From Rhizobium sp. Q54 (GTDB lineage: Bacteria; Pseudomonadota; Alphaproteobacteria; SMXQ01): a stretch of 64,000 nt of DNA. This document shows positions 28,341 to 40,563 of this stretch, piece by piece. The notes beneath the pieces are model-generated. The model saw only the letters and a program-made list of their open reading frames with translations, ran no database searches and was not told where the DNA came from. A program made the position numbers and the translations under genes. The stretch spans positions 15,585 to 79,584 of the forward strand of contig CAMAVH010000001.1 in assembly GCA_945861615.1 (NCBI GenBank), given 5' to 3'. Position 1 is the stretch's first letter; each line of letters starts with the position of its first letter.

Positions 28341-29651
28341 TTATTTCATGTCGGCGTAAATCGGGAAGCGCTCGCAGAGATCGAGCACTTTCCGGCGCAC
28401 TGCCGCTTCGACTTTGCCGTTATCGTCTTGATGAGCGGCGAGGCCGTCGAGCACCTCGCCGATGTATTGGCCGATCAATTTCCATTCGGCGATGCCGAAG
28501 CCGCGCGTCGTGCCCGCCGGCGTGCCGAGACGCACGCCCGAGGTGATCGCCGGCTTTTCCGGATCGAACGGGATCGCGTTCTTGTTGCAAGTGATGCCGG
28601 CGCGCTCAAGGCTGGCTTCGGCGAGCTTGCCCGTCAGCTTCTTGGGACGCAGATCGACCAGCATGAGATGGGTATCGGTCCCGCCGGAGACGATATCGAC
28701 GCCCTGCCCGACCAACGTCTCGGCAAGCGCCTTGGCGTTATCGCGCACGGCGGCGGCGTAGGTCTTGAACTCCGGCGTCAGCGCCTCGCCGAAGGCGACC
28801 GCCTTGCCGGCGATGACATGCATCAGCGGGCCGCCCTGGATGCCCGGGAAGATCGACGAGTTGAATTTCTTGCCGAGTTCCGGATCGTTCGAGAGGATCA
28901 TGCCGCCGCGCGGGCCGCGCAGCGTCTTGTGGGTCGTCGTCGTCACGACATGGGCGTGCGGCAGCGGGCTCGGATGAGCGCCGCCGGCGACGAGGCCGGC
29001 GAAATGGGCCATATCGACCATGAAGTAGGCGCCGACCGCATCGGCGATCTTGCGGAAGCGGGCGAAGTCGATGATGCGCGGATAGGCCGAGCCGCCGGCG
29101 ATGATCAGCTTCGGCTTGTGTTCGTTGGCGAGACGCTCGACCTCGTCATAGTCGATCAGGTTGCTGTCCTGGCGCACGCCGTACTGCACGGCGTGAAACC
29201 ATTTGCCCGACTGGTTGGGCGCCGCACCGTGCGTGAGATGGCCGCCCGCGGCGAGCGACATGCCGAGGATCGTGTCGTTCGGCTTCAACAGGGCGAAGAA
29301 CACCGCCTGGTTGGCCTGGCTGCCCGAATTCGGCTGCACGTTGACATATTCGCAAGAGAACAGCTGCTTGGCGCGGTCGATGGCGAGCTGCTCGACGACG
29401 TCGACGTATTCGCAGCCGCCGTAATAGCGCTTGCCGGGATAGCCTTCGGCATATTTGTTCGTCAGCACCGAGCCCTGAGCCTCGATCACGGCGCGCGAGA
29501 CGATGTTTTCGGAGGCGATCAGCTCGATCTGCGACTGCTGGCGCTTCAACTCGCCCTGCATGGCTTCGAACAACGCCGGATCCTTGCCCTCCAGACTCTG
29601 CTGGAAGAAACGGTCGATATTGTCTCCGGCTTTCGCGACGCTCGCACTCAT
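28341..29651 (-). CDS. glyA: Serine hydroxymethyltransferase
   Basis: 436 aa with the PLP-lysine region …[19 protein letters not shown]…. Confidence 0.95.
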   Translation of the reverse strand: MSASVAKAGDNIDRFFQQSLEGKDPALFEAMQGELKRQQSQIELIASENIVSRAVIEAQGSVLTNKYAEGYPGKRYYGGCEYVDVVEQLAIDRAKQLFSCEYVNVQPNSGSQANQAVFFALLKPNDTILGMSLAAGGHLTHGAAPNQSGKWFHAVQYGVRQDSNLIDYDEVERLANEHKPKLIIAGGSAYPRIIDFARFRKIADAVGAYFMVDMAHFAGLVAGGAHPSPLPHAHVVTTTTHKTLRGPRGGMILSNDPELGKKFNSSIFPGIQGGPLMHVIAGKAVAFGEALTPEFKTYAAAVRDNAKALAETLVGQGVDIVSGGTDTHLMLVDLRPKKLTGKLAEASLERAGITCNKNAIPFDPEKPAITSGVRLGTPAGTTRGFGIAEWKLIGQYIGEVLDGLAAHQDDNGKVEAAVRRKVLDLCERFPIYADMK

Positions 29652-29689
29652 CAGGCACTGACCTCTTGGTTGAATGATCCCAACGCCGC

Positions 29690-30133
29690 TCAGCCGGCGT
29701 GGGACATTTTGGCGACTCGGCGGGCGTGGCGTCCGCCTTCGAATTCAGTCTTGAGAAACACGTCCAGGCAATCCTTGGCCAGTTCGATGCCGAGGATGCG
29801 TCCGCCCATGACGATCACATTGGCATCGTTGTGCAGGCGCGACAGGCGAGCCGTCAGAGCGTCATGCACCAGCGCGGCGCGCAATTCCGGATGGCGGTTG
29901 GCGGCGATGCTGATGCCGATGCCGGTCCCGCACAGCAGAATTCCGCAACCGGCCTTGCCGCCCTTGATCGCCGCGGCCATCAGGTCGGCGTAATCGGGAT
30001 AGTCCACCGAGTCGGGACCGTTGGTGCCGAGATCGAGCACCTCATGGCCTTTGGCCTTCAGGTCATCGATCAAAAGCTGCTTCAGGTCGTACCCGCCGTG
30101 GTCGGATGCGATCGCAATGGTGGCTGCGGACAT
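29690..30133 (-). CDS. rpiB: Ribose-5-phosphate isomerase B
   Basis: [14 protein letters not shown]…[17 protein letters not shown]…. Confidence 0.9.
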   Translation of the reverse strand: MSAATIAIASDHGGYDLKQLLIDDLKAKGHEVLDLGTNGPDSVDYPDYADLMAAAIKGGKAGCGILLCGTGIGISIAANRHPELRAALVHDALTARLSRLHNDANVIVMGGRILGIELAKDCLDVFLKTEFEGGRHARRVAKMSHAG

Positions 30134-30274
30134 ATCGCCGAAATTCCTAAAAACGCGAGGCGCTTAAATACCATATGTCGCAAGGCCGCGCCAGCGCGCC
30201 ACTACCTGTCGCGAGTGCGGCGAAAGGCCTGCAAATCCGCGCCTTGGCGGCCCCTCTCCCGCTCGATAGTAATG

Positions 30275-30420
30275 TCAGGGTAACGAGATAATAAATATGG
30301 TTAATATTATCGGGTATTTTATATAGTTTTGAATAACTGCATACAATAGAATGTAAAAATGGATTATTTATAACTAGAGTCGAATTGACAGCAAAATAAC
30401 AGTTATGCGAAGACGGCGCG
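30275..30420. promoter_or_regulatory. AT-rich island (about 25% GC, about 140 bp) directly upstream of mucR; candidate MucR autoregulatory/promoter region
   Basis: TAATGTCAGGGTAACGAGATAATAAATATGGTTAATATTATCGGGTATTTTATATAGTTTTGAATAACTGCATACAATAGAATGTAAAAATGGATTATTTATAACTAGAGTCGAATTGACAGCAAAATAACAG, embedded in DNA of about 67% GC. MucR/Ros proteins are known to bind AT-rich DNA and to autoregulate. Confidence 0.45.
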
Positions 30421-30482
30421 CCATTCTTCCTCGCGCGCCCTTCCGGCGGCGCGGGGGCTAAGCGACCATCGAAAGACCGACG

Positions 30483-30935
30483 ATGCCTCATGAGCGTGAC
30501 GTCCCGACGCCCCCGGCGCCGGAACTGCTGACATTAGCCACCCATATCGTCTCCGCTTACGTCAGCAAGAACGCCGTCCCGAGCTCGGCTCTGGCGGATC
30601 TCATCCGGCTTGTCCATCGCACCCTCATCGAACTGACCGACGACCGGTCCGCCAGCCAAACGGCGAAAACGCCGGCCGTGCCGATCAAGCGGTCGGTGAC
30701 AGCCGACTATCTGATCTGCCTGGAAGACGGCAAGAAGCTGAAGATGCTGAAGCGCCATCTGCGCAGCGTCTATGGCATGACGCCGGAGGACTACCGGCGC
30801 AAGTGGGGGTTGCCCGGCGACTATCCGATGGTCGCGCCGAATTACGCGGCGCAACGCGCCGATTTCGCGCGCTCTATCGGATTGGGACGGAACAGCCCGC
30901 ACGGCAAGAAGACGCGCGGCAAAATAGCCCGCTAG
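30483..30935 (+). CDS. mucR: MucR/Ros family zinc-finger transcriptional regulator
   Basis: …SVTADYLICLEDGKKLKMLKRHLRSVYGMTPEDYRRKWGLPGDYPMVAPNYAAQRADFAR is the diagnostic Ros/MucR C2H2-like domain. Confidence 0.9.
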   Translation: MPHERDVPTPPAPELLTLATHIVSAYVSKNAVPSSALADLIRLVHRTLIELTDDRSASQTAKTPAVPIKRSVTADYLICLEDGKKLKMLKRHLRSVYGMTPEDYRRKWGLPGDYPMVAPNYAAQRADFARSIGLGRNSPHGKKTRGKIAR

Positions 30936-31150
30936 ACGACCTGCCTGGCGCCGCGCGACAGGACGTAATCGAGTTTGCGCAGCACGCTGTCGGTCATCTG
31001 ACGCTGGGCGAGATTCGAGGGCGCGACGATAGAAACCTCGGTCAGGCTGACCGGATCGAGCGCCGTGACTTTCGTCGAGCGGCCGAGGCGATGAAACTCG
31101 ACGATCGCTTCGCGCGCGCCGCTGGCGAAACGACCGTCCATTCCCCGCTC

Positions 31151-31636
31151 TTAGGCCGCGGCCGTGCCGAACGGCGCCGGACGGCGCGCGGCGAGATTGA
31201 GCTGGCGCGTCCAGAACTGCTCGAGAGTCTGCAGCTGCTTGATGACGTCCTTGAGGCCGTCGTCGGTGATGGCGGCTTCGCCGAGCGCCGCGATTTGCCG
31301 CGTAAACATCTCCGACATGCGGCCGAACAGCTCGAGCCCCTTGGGGCTCAAGCGCAGACGGACCGAACGGCGGTCATGCGTGGAACGCTCGTTTTCGAGA
31401 TAACCGTTCTCGACCATCTTCTTGACGTTGTAGGAGACGTTCGAGCCCAGATAGTAGCCGCGGTTGGTCAATTCGCCGACCGTGAGCTCTTCCTGGCCGA
31501 TGTTGTAGAGGATCAACGCTTGCACGTTGTTGATGTCTTCGATACCGGCGCGGTCAAGCTCGACCTTCACCACTTCGAGGAAATGGCGATGCAGACGTTC
31601 GATGAGGAAAATCGCGTCTCTATAGGGGTGGGTCAC
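31151..31636 (-). CDS. MarR-family (winged-helix) transcriptional regulator
   Basis: 161 aa with a central wHTH (ELTVGELTNRGYYLGSNVSYNVKKMVENGYLENERSTHDRRSVRLRLSPKG). Confidence 0.6.
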   Translation of the reverse strand: MTHPYRDAIFLIERLHRHFLEVVKVELDRAGIEDINNVQALILYNIGQEELTVGELTNRGYYLGSNVSYNVKKMVENGYLENERSTHDRRSVRLRLSPKGLELFGRMSEMFTRQIAALGEAAITDDGLKDVIKQLQTLEQFWTRQLNLAARRPAPFGTAAA

Positions 31637-31735
31637 GGCAACCTCGGCTTTGAATCTGACGATGGGGCCGGAATACTTGTCCGACCCTCCCAGTATCCGG
31701 GCTTATTCGTTAATTTTTTGTTGCATACGCGGTAA

Positions 31736-32914
<1,179 letters not shown>

Positions 32915-32935
32915 GCGCCGCGTGTAAGGTACCCC

Positions 32936-35398
32936 ATGTCGTTTCTGCGCAGGCTCGCCCGTTGGCTCATCGGACTTGTGGCTAGCTTGCTCACCGTCGC
33001 TGCCCTCGGCGGCACGGTCACCTGGTTCTTCCTGCAATCCTCCCTGCCTCTTACCGAAGGGCGCGTCCATGTGCCCGACCTGCGCGAGCCGGCCATCATC
33101 GACCGCGACGCCGACGGCGTGCCGCACATCCGAGCCCGCTCGGAAGCCGATGCCTATTTCGCCCTCGGCTATGTCCATGCTCAGGACCGCCTGTGGCAGA
33201 TGGAGGCGATGCGCCGCTTCGGCGCCGGCCGCCTGTCCGAAGCGCTCGGTCGCCAGACGCTCGGCATCGACCGCACGATGCGGGCCCTCGGTCTCTACCG
33301 CATCGCCGAACGCATCTATGACGGGCTCGATCCGCGCGTGCGTCTCGGCCTGATCGCCTATGCGCAAGGGGTGAACGCCTATCTCGACCATCACCCCGGC
33401 GCCTGGCCGCTCGAATTCTACGTCGCCGGCCTGCGGCCCGAACCCTGGAAACCGGCCGACTCGCTGGTCTGGGGTCAATTGATGAGCTTGCGCCTCGCCG
33501 GTGATTGGCGCTCTGAACTCTTCCGTCAGCGGCTCTCGACGCGCCTCAAGCCCGCTCAGCTCGAAGAACTGCTCGACAAACCCTCGCAAGGCGGCCCGGT
33601 CAGCATCGAAGAGCCGCAGCGCAGAGCCGCAGCGCCCCAAGACAATCGGGGCGCGACCGATCATGCCGCTTACACGCCGCCCCTTACCATCTCGGAGAGC
33701 TTGCTCGCGGAAACCGCGCGGCTCTTGCCCGACAGCAGCGTCATGGGTCCCGGCACCGCCTCCAACAGTTGGGTGCTCGCCGGCAACCGCACGGTCAGCG
33801 GCAAGCCGCTGCTCGCCAACGATCCGCATCTCGGGCTCGAACTGCCGAGCACTTGGTATCTCGCGCGCATCGACGCCCCGGGCCTCAGCGTCGCCGGCGC
33901 GACCGCGCCCGGCGTGCCGTTCCATGTGCTCGGCCATAACGCGCGCATCGCCTGGGGCTTCACCAACACCGGCTCGGACGTCCAGGACCTCTTCGTCGAG
34001 CGCACCGATCCCAACGATGCGACGCGCTACCTCACGCCCGAGGGCTCCGCGCCTTTCATCGAGCGCAAGGAGATCATCAAAGTCCGCGGCGCCGACGACG
34101 TCGTGCTGGCGCTCCGCGAGACCCGTCACGGCCCGGTGATGAGCGATCTGATGAGCGAGTCGCTGCAAGACATGCCGGCCGGCGACGTCCTCGCCTTTGC
34201 CGCCGCCGGCCTGCGCGCGGACGACCGTTCGGCCCAGGCGCTCTATATGCTCAATCGCGCAGGCGACTGGGATAGCTTCACGCGCGCCATCAGGGACTTT
34301 CATTCGCCGCAGCAAAATATCGCCTATGCCGACGTCGACGGAAATATCGGGCTTTATGTCGCCGGACGCCTGCCGCTGCGCAAAAGCGGCGAAGGCCTGT
34401 TTCCCGTGCCCGGCTGGACCGGCGACCATGACTGGACAGGCTTCGTGCCGTTCGAGGAGCTGCCGCACAGCTACAATCCTGCGAGCGGCCGGCTCGCCAA
34501 TGCCAACAACCGCGTCGTCGGGGCCGAATATCCCTATCCGCTGGGCCGCGACTGGACCGAGCCTTTCCGCATCCGCCGCATCGAAGACATGATCGCCGGC
34601 GCGGCGCAGCACGACGCCAATGCCATGACGCGCATGCAAGGCGACGTGTATAGCCTAGTGCCGTCAGCCCTGCTGCCGTTGATGCTGCCGGCCTTGCGCG
34701 TCCAGCCGTTCGATCAGGCCCGCTATGGCGACATCATCGACGGCCTCGCCGCCTGGAACGGCGACATGGCGCGCGAACAGGCGCAGCCCCTGATCTTCAA
34801 CGCTTGGCTGCGCGAGCTGTCGCGCTTGATCACCGCCGACGAACTTGGGCCCTTGTTCGCCTCCGCCTGGCGGCAGCAACCGGCCTTCATCGCCAATGTG
34901 CTGCGCCAGGACCAGCGCTGGTGCGACGACATCACCACGGCGGAAACAGAAAGCTGCGAGCTGATGATCCAGCGCGCCTTCGTCAGCGCCATGGGAAAAT
35001 TGAGCGCGGTTTATGGCGGCGATGCCGCCGCCTGGCGCTGGGGCGACGCCCATGTCGCCAATCTCACCCACCGCCTGCTGACGCGCATTCCCGGCATCGG
35101 CGCGCTGGCCGATATCGGCATCGCGACGCCGGGCGACGATTCGACCGTCAATCGCGGCAGCACGAGCCTGCGTGACGAAGCCAATCCTTTTGCCCATGTC
35201 CATGGGCCGGGATTGCGCGCGGTCTATGATCTCGCCGATCTCGAGCGCTCGCGCTTCATCATCGCCGGCGGCCAGTCGGGCAATCTGCTGTCGCGCCATT
35301 ACGGCGACATGGCGCAGCGCTGGCGCGATCTCGGGTTTGTCACCCTGCCCCGGCAGCAGGCCCGTCCGCAGCGCCTGCTGCTGACCCCGGCTTTATAG
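32936..35398 (+). CDS. Penicillin acylase family Ntn-hydrolase (possible acyl-homoserine-lactone acylase)
   Basis: 820 aa with an N-terminal TM/signal peptide and the beta-subunit N-terminal nucleophile motif GTASNSWVLAGNRTVSGKPLLANDPHLGL. Shows penicillin-amidase family architecture. Confidence 0.85.
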   Translation: MSFLRRLARWLIGLVASLLTVAALGGTVTWFFLQSSLPLTEGRVHVPDLREPAIIDRDADGVPHIRARSEADAYFALGYVHAQDRLWQMEAMRRFGAGRLSEALGRQTLGIDRTMRALGLYRIAERIYDGLDPRVRLGLIAYAQGVNAYLDHHPGAWPLEFYVAGLRPEPWKPADSLVWGQLMSLRLAGDWRSELFRQRLSTRLKPAQLEELLDKPSQGGPVSIEEPQRRAAAPQDNRGATDHAAYTPPLTISESLLAETARLLPDSSVMGPGTASNSWVLAGNRTVSGKPLLANDPHLGLELPSTWYLARIDAPGLSVAGATAPGVPFHVLGHNARIAWGFTNTGSDVQDLFVERTDPNDATRYLTPEGSAPFIERKEIIKVRGADDVVLALRETRHGPVMSDLMSESLQDMPAGDVLAFAAAGLRADDRSAQALYMLNRAGDWDSFTRAIRDFHSPQQNIAYADVDGNIGLYVAGRLPLRKSGEGLFPVPGWTGDHDWTGFVPFEELPHSYNPASGRLANANNRVVGAEYPYPLGRDWTEPFRIRRIEDMIAGAAQHDANAMTRMQGDVYSLVPSALLPLMLPALRVQPFDQARYGDIIDGLAAWNGDMAREQAQPLIFNAWLRELSRLITADELGPLFASAWRQQPAFIANVLRQDQRWCDDITTAETESCELMIQRAFVSAMGKLSAVYGGDAAAWRWGDAHVANLTHRLLTRIPGIGALADIGIATPGDDSTVNRGSTSLRDEANPFAHVHGPGLRAVYDLADLERSRFIIAGGQSGNLLSRHYGDMAQRWRDLGFVTLPRQQARPQRLLLTPAL

Positions 35399-35532
35399 CC
35401 GCGACGGGAATAAAGCGTTTTTGCCAAGGATGCGGCAATGACTTCAAGGCGTTGCGCCGGCCGGCATAAACGCCTTCTTAACCAAATCCGGCGACACTCA
35501 GGCCGTCAATTTCTCATAGCCGCCGGGGCGTC

Positions 35533-36399
35533 ATGCTTTTCATCATCGGAACCGTCATCGTTCTCGTCTGCGTCATGGGCGGCTATATCGGCGCCGGCGG
35601 CCATTTGGACGTGCTGTGGCAGCCCTTCGAATTCGTCATCATCGGCGGCGCCGCCGTCGGCAGTTACATCATTTCCAACCCCAAGCCCGTGCTGGCCAAG
35701 ACCGGCAAGGCCATGGGCCATCTGGTCAAAGGCACCAGTTACAATAAGGAAGCCTATCTCGAGCTGCTGAGCCTGCTCTACACCGTCTTCAAGCTCGCCA
35801 AGTCGAAGGGCATGCTCGCCCTCGAGCCGCATATCGAGAACCCCGAGGAGAGCGAACTCTTCAAGCGGTTCCCCAAGTTTTACGGCGACCACCACGCCAT
35901 GACGTTTCTGACCGACTATCTGCGCATGATGGTGCTCGGTTCGGAAAACGCCCATGAGATGGAAACGCTGCTCGACGAGGAAATCGAGACGCACCATCAC
36001 GAACATTCCCAGGTCGCCGACGCGATCCAAACCGTGGCCGACGCCATGCCCGCGCTCGGCATCGTCGCCGCCGTGCTCGGCGTTATTCACACCATGGGCT
36101 CGATCACCGAACCGCCAGCCGTGCTCGGCAAGCTGATCGCCGGCGCCCTCGTCGGCACCTTCCTCGGCGTGTTGATGGCCTACGGCTTCATCAGCCCGAT
36201 GGCCAGCAGTCTCAAGGCGACCTACAACGCCGAAACCAAATACTACCAGTGCATCAAGGTTGCCCTGCTCGCCCACATGAGCGGCTACGCGCCGTCGATC
36301 TCGGTCGAGTTCGCCCGCAAGGCTCTCTACTCGAACGTCCGCCCGAGCTTCTACGAAGTCGAAGAAGCTGTGCAGGCCCTCCCGGCCGTCAGCGCCTAA
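35533..36399 (+). CDS. motA: Flagellar motor stator protein MotA
   Basis: MLFIIGTVIVLVCVMGGYIGAGGHLDVLWQPFEFVIIGGAAVG… with four TM helices and the conserved C-terminal plug region. Confidence 0.9.
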   Translation: MLFIIGTVIVLVCVMGGYIGAGGHLDVLWQPFEFVIIGGAAVGSYIISNPKPVLAKTGKAMGHLVKGTSYNKEAYLELLSLLYTVFKLAKSKGMLALEPHIENPEESELFKRFPKFYGDHHAMTFLTDYLRMMVLGSENAHEMETLLDEEIETHHHEHSQVADAIQTVADAMPALGIVAAVLGVIHTMGSITEPPAVLGKLIAGALVGTFLGVLMAYGFISPMASSLKATYNAETKYYQCIKVALLAHMSGYAPSISVEFARKALYSNVRPSFYEVEEAVQALPAVSA

Positions 36400-36429
36400 G
36401 ATTTCAGCAAGGACATCTTCGTAACCGCC

Positions 36430-37449
36430 ATGGCCGCCACCAACGCTCCCGTCATTATCATCAAGCGCATCAAGAAGGGCGGCCACGGCGCCCATCATGG
36501 CGGCGCCTGGAAAGTCGCCTACGCCGACTTCGTGACCGCGATGATGGCGTTCTTTCTCCTGTTGTGGCTGCTCAACGCCACGACCGAAGAACAGCGCAAG
36601 GGCATCTCCGACTATTTCGCGCCTAACAGCGTCTCCAAGAACACCAGCGGCTCCGGCGGCGTGCTCGGCGGCCAGACCCTGACGCGTGACGGCGCCATGC
36701 GCCGCCTCAGCTCTTCGGTCAGCCTGTCGATGCCGACCCCGCCGGCCGAATCCGACGAGACCCAGCCGCTCGACGGCGAGAGCCCCGGCGCCGGCGGCGC
36801 GATGGACGAAGCCGAACGCGCCAAGGCGAAGCTCGGCGAAGACGCCGACGCCGAAGATCTGCAGCGCATGCGCGCCAAGCGCGAGAGCGAGAATTTTGCC
36901 GAGGCGGAAAAGGAAATCCGCCAGGCGATCCAGGCCATTCCCGAGTTGAAGGCCATCTCCGACAGCCTGGTGATCGACCGTACGCCGGAAGGCCTGCGTA
37001 TCCAGATCGTCGATCAGGACAAGATGTCGATGTTCGCCCTCGGCTCCGCCGTGCCGCTCGACGGCACCAAGCGCCTGCTCGGGGAGATCGCCAAGGTCGT
37101 CAACAAGCTGCCCAACAAGATCGCCCTGTCGGGTCATACCGACTCGACGCCCTATTCGCGGTCTTCCAGCTACACCAACTGGGAACTGTCCAGCGACCGC
37201 GCCCAGGCCGCCCGCCGCGGCATGCTCGAAGGCGGCCTCGATGCCAGCCGCATCGACCGCGTCATGGGCAAGGCCGACAAGGATCCCCTACTGCCCGACG
37301 AGCCGGCCTCGCCGCGCAACCGCCGCCTCGCCATCGTCCTGCTCAGCGACCCGACGATCGCCAGCGCCGCGACTATCGGCCAGGATGCGCCCGCCAAACC
37401 GCCAGCCCCCGCGCCGGTCACCCGCATCGGCCCCAGCGTGGTCCGTTAA
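36430..37449 (+). CDS. motB: Flagellar motor protein MotB (OmpA-like peptidoglycan-binding C-terminus)
   Basis: The N-terminal TM has the conserved Asp (WKVAYADFVTAMMAFFLLLWLL). The C-terminal OmpA domain reads …LSGHTDSTPYSRSSSYTNWELSSDRAQAARRGM…NRRLAIVL. Confidence 0.85.
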   Translation: MAATNAPVIIIKRIKKGGHGAHHGGAWKVAYADFVTAMMAFFLLLWLLNATTEEQRKGISDYFAPNSVSKNTSGSGGVLGGQTLTRDGAMRRLSSSVSLSMPTPPAESDETQPLDGESPGAGGAMDEAERAKAKLGEDADAEDLQRMRAKRESENFAEAEKEIRQAIQAIPELKAISDSLVIDRTPEGLRIQIVDQDKMSMFALGSAVPLDGTKRLLGEIAKVVNKLPNKIALSGHTDSTPYSRSSSYTNWELSSDRAQAARRGMLEGGLDASRIDRVMGKADKDPLLPDEPASPRNRRLAIVLLSDPTIASAATIGQDAPAKPPAPAPVTRIGPSVVR

Positions 37450-37483
37450 GCCAGGCTATTTCACCGCCAGACCATAGGGGTCT

Positions 37484-38281
37484 TTGCCAAGAGCCGCCGT
37501 CTCATGGCAGACTTCCTGGATGAGCGGCAACAGACCCGGCCCCCTACAGTTTTTTCACAGCACGCGCGCGCGGCCTTGCCCCTATTTGCCCGGCCGCCAC
37601 GAGCGTAGCATCGCCGCCGAGCTCGACAGCTTCGCAGCTCAGGACGTCTACGATGCCGCTTGCGCCGCCGGCTTTCGCCGCAGCCACGGCTTCATCTACC
37701 GACCCGCCTGCTCCGATTGCAATGCCTGCCTGCCGGTGCGCATCGTCGCGCGCGACTTCGCGCTGCGCCGTAGCCAGAGCCGCGTTCTCAAGCGCAACGC
37801 CGATCTGACCGGCCGCCTGCTGCCCGCCCTCGCGACCGCCGAGCAATTCGCCCTTTTCGCGCGCTATCAAAAATCGCGCCATGCCAGCGCCGAGTCCGGC
37901 AAGGGCGAGCCGGGCGGCGGCGATGCCGGCGGCATGGACCGCATGACGCGCAGCGACTACACGGCCATGATCGAAGACAGCCCGGTCGATAGCCATGTCA
38001 TCGAATACCGCAGCGACGACGGCGTGCTGCATGCCGCCATGCTGATGGACCGCGTCGCCGACGGCCTCTCCGCCGTTTACAGCTTCTTCGCGCCCGATGA
38101 GACGGCCCGCAGCCTCGGCAGCTTCATGATTTTGGATCTGGTGCGCCGCGCCCAGTCAGAGGCCCTGCCCTACGTCTATCTCGGCTATCTCATCAGCGAG
38201 ACGCCGAAGATGTCCTACAAGGCACGTTTCCGGCCGATCGAGGCGCTCGGCCCCGACGGCTGGAAACTTCTTAAAACCTAA
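37484..38281 (+). CDS. bpt: Arginyl/leucyl-tRNA--protein transferase (Bpt/Ate family, N-end rule)
   Basis: …CPYLPGR…RRSHGFIYRPACSDCNACLPVRI…FALFARYQKSRHA… is the Bpt signature. The exact start is uncertain. Confidence 0.75.
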   Translation: MPRAAVSWQTSWMSGNRPGPLQFFHSTRARPCPYLPGRHERSIAAELDSFAAQDVYDAACAAGFRRSHGFIYRPACSDCNACLPVRIVARDFALRRSQSRVLKRNADLTGRLLPALATAEQFALFARYQKSRHASAESGKGEPGGGDAGGMDRMTRSDYTAMIEDSPVDSHVIEYRSDDGVLHAAMLMDRVADGLSAVYSFFAPDETARSLGSFMILDLVRRAQSEALPYVYLGYLISETPKMSYKARFRPIEALGPDGWKLLKT

Positions 38282-38282
38282 T

Positions 38283-40514
38283 TCAACCGAACCGGTTCGA
38301 CTTGGGGAAGCCTTTGGGCGGCAGGCGGCCGGCCTGGGCGCGCTCGCCGATCCAGTCGGCAAGCGCCGTTTCCGTATAGACCCGCTCGCCGATCTTCCAG
38401 GTCAGCCCCTGCTTGCGCGTGAAGGTCTTCACGTCCGATAGGCCGCCGTCCTTGTATTTCTGCAAGGTCAAACCGCGCCCACGCGTCATCTGCGGCAACT
38501 GGTCGAGCGGGAACAGCAGCAGCTTGCGGTTCTCGCCGATCACCGCCACCGAATCGCCCTGAACGACGGCGCAGACCCGCGCTTCGACATCGCCGGCGAC
38601 GTTCAGGATTTGCTTGCCCGAACGCGTCTGCGCCAGCACGTCGTCCTCGCCGACGACGAAGCCGCGCCCATCCGACGAGGCGACGAGCAGTCGCCGGCCC
38701 GGCTGGTGGATGAAGGCGGTGACGATGTCATGATCGTTCGACAGATCGACCATCAGGCGGATCGGCTCGCCGTTGCCGCGTCCCGGCGGCAGCTTGTCGC
38801 CGCCGATGGTGTAGAAGCGGCCGTTGGTGCCGAAAATCACCAGCTTGTCCGTCGTCGAGGCGCGCAACACGAATTTCTCGCGGTCGCCTTCCTTGTATTT
38901 GACGTCGGAGGTGTCCTCCATGTGGCCCTTGAAGGCGCGCACCCATCCCTTGTCGGAGATGACGATGGTGATGTCTTCCTTCTCGATGGCGATATCGATG
39001 GGAATGATCACCGCCGAAGGCGCGTCGCCGATTTCCGTGCGGCGCTTCCCGAGCGCGGTCTTCGGGCCGAACTTCGCCTTGATATCGGCGATCTCGGCGC
39101 TGATCGCCTTCCAGCGCAGATCGTCGCTCTTGAGCATGCCGGCGAGGCCCTTGCGCTCGGCGGTCAGCTCCTTGTGTTCGCCGCGAATCTCCATCTCCTC
39201 GAGCTTGCGCAAGGAGCGCAGGCGCATGTTGAGAATGGATTCGGCCTGCGTCTCGTTGATCTTGATCGCCTTCATCAGCACAGGCTTGGGCTCGTCCTCG
39301 GTGCGGATGATCTTGATGACGAGATCGAGATTCAGATAGGCCGCGAGATAGGCCTCCAGCACCTCCAGGCGCTGATCGATCTTGCCGAGGCGGAAATTGC
39401 TGCGGCGAACCAGTACGACATGGCGATGATCGAGAAAGGCCTGCAACACCTCGCGCAAGTCCATGACGCGCGGGATCTGCTTGGCGTCGAGCACGTTCAT
39501 GTTGAGGCCGATGCGGGCCTCCAGATCGGTCAGGCGAAACATGCTCTCCATCAGCATCTCGGCCTCGACCGCGCCGGTCTTGGGCTCGAGCACGACGCGC
39601 ACATGTTCGTCGGATTCGTCGCGGATGTCGGCGAGCAGCGGCAGCTTCTTGGTTTCGAGCAGCACGGCGATCTTCTCGATCAGGCGCGACTTCTGCACCT
39701 GGAAGGGAATCTCCGTGACGACGATCTGATAAAGGCCGCGCGGCAGTTTCTCGACGTCCCACTTGGCGCGCACACGGAACGAGCCGCGCCCGGTCTTGTA
39801 GGCTTCGACGATGGCCTCACGCGATTCGACGAGCACGCCGCCGGTCGGGAAGTCCGGCCCCGGCATGAGATCGACCAGCTTGGCGATGGTGGCGTTCGGC
39901 GTCTTGATCAGATGCTGCAAGGCATCGCAAATCTCGCCGACATTGTGCGGCGGAATGCTGGTAGCCATGCCGACGGCGATGCCGTTCGAACCGTTGGCGA
40001 GCAGATTGGGGAAGGCCGCCGGCAGCACCATCGGCTCCTGGTCTTCGCCGTCATAGGTCGAACGGAAATCGACCGAATCCTCGTCCAGCCCCTCGAGCAG
40101 GGCCGCGGCAACGGCCGTCAGCCGCGCCTCGGTGTACCGCATGGCCGCCGCGTTATCGCCGTCGATATTGCCGAAGTTGCCCTGGCCGTCGACCAGCGGA
40201 TAGCGCACGGCGAAGTCCTGCGCGAGACGCACCATGGCGTCGTAAACCGCGACGTCGCCGTGCGGATGGTATTTGCCGATCACGTCGCCGACGACGCGGG
40301 CGCATTTCTTGAAGCCGGTCGTCGGATCGAGATTGAGCAGCCGCATGGCGTAGAGCAGCCGGCGGTGCACCGGCTTGAGCCCGTCGCGCACGTCGGGCAG
40401 CGAACGCGACATGATGGTCGACAGGGCATAGGACAGGTAGCGGTCGCCGAGGGCCCCGGCGAGCGGCGTGTCGTTGATTTTTTGCGGGACGGCGGCGGCA
40501 GGCGTTTTGGCCAT
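38283..40514 (-). CDS. parC: DNA topoisomerase IV subunit A
   Basis: 743 aa with the GyrA/ParC N-terminal motifs (…[19 protein letters not shown]…, active-site region AAMRYTE). The length fits ParC rather than GyrA. Confidence 0.85.
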   Translation of the reverse strand: MAKTPAAAVPQKINDTPLAGALGDRYLSYALSTIMSRSLPDVRDGLKPVHRRLLYAMRLLNLDPTTGFKKCARVVGDVIGKYHPHGDVAVYDAMVRLAQDFAVRYPLVDGQGNFGNIDGDNAAAMRYTEARLTAVAAALLEGLDEDSVDFRSTYDGEDQEPMVLPAAFPNLLANGSNGIAVGMATSIPPHNVGEICDALQHLIKTPNATIAKLVDLMPGPDFPTGGVLVESREAIVEAYKTGRGSFRVRAKWDVEKLPRGLYQIVVTEIPFQVQKSRLIEKIAVLLETKKLPLLADIRDESDEHVRVVLEPKTGAVEAEMLMESMFRLTDLEARIGLNMNVLDAKQIPRVMDLREVLQAFLDHRHVVLVRRSNFRLGKIDQRLEVLEAYLAAYLNLDLVIKIIRTEDEPKPVLMKAIKINETQAESILNMRLRSLRKLEEMEIRGEHKELTAERKGLAGMLKSDDLRWKAISAEIADIKAKFGPKTALGKRRTEIGDAPSAVIIPIDIAIEKEDITIVISDKGWVRAFKGHMEDTSDVKYKEGDREKFVLRASTTDKLVIFGTNGRFYTIGGDKLPPGRGNGEPIRLMVDLSNDHDIVTAFIHQPGRRLLVASSDGRGFVVGEDDVLAQTRSGKQILNVAGDVEARVCAVVQGDSVAVIGENRKLLLFPLDQLPQMTRGRGLTLQKYKDGGLSDVKTFTRKQGLTWKIGERVYTETALADWIGERAQAGRLPPKGFPKSNRFG

Positions 40515-40563
40515 GGCGGAGGATCACGAAAATGACGGAAAGGACGCTATATATAGTAAAGGA

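Noticed and set aside
30147-30491. 114-aa ATG ORF spanning the AT-rich island.
   Set aside because: Its composition is completely atypical for this genome, its translation is low-complexity (rich in Ile, Asn and Tyr), and it overlaps the mucR promoter. It is an artefact of the AT-rich DNA.
30932-31141. 69-aa minus-strand ORF between mucR and the MarR-like gene.
   Set aside because: It has no recognisable motif, and it overlaps the mucR 3' end on the opposite strand. It could be real but I cannot support it.
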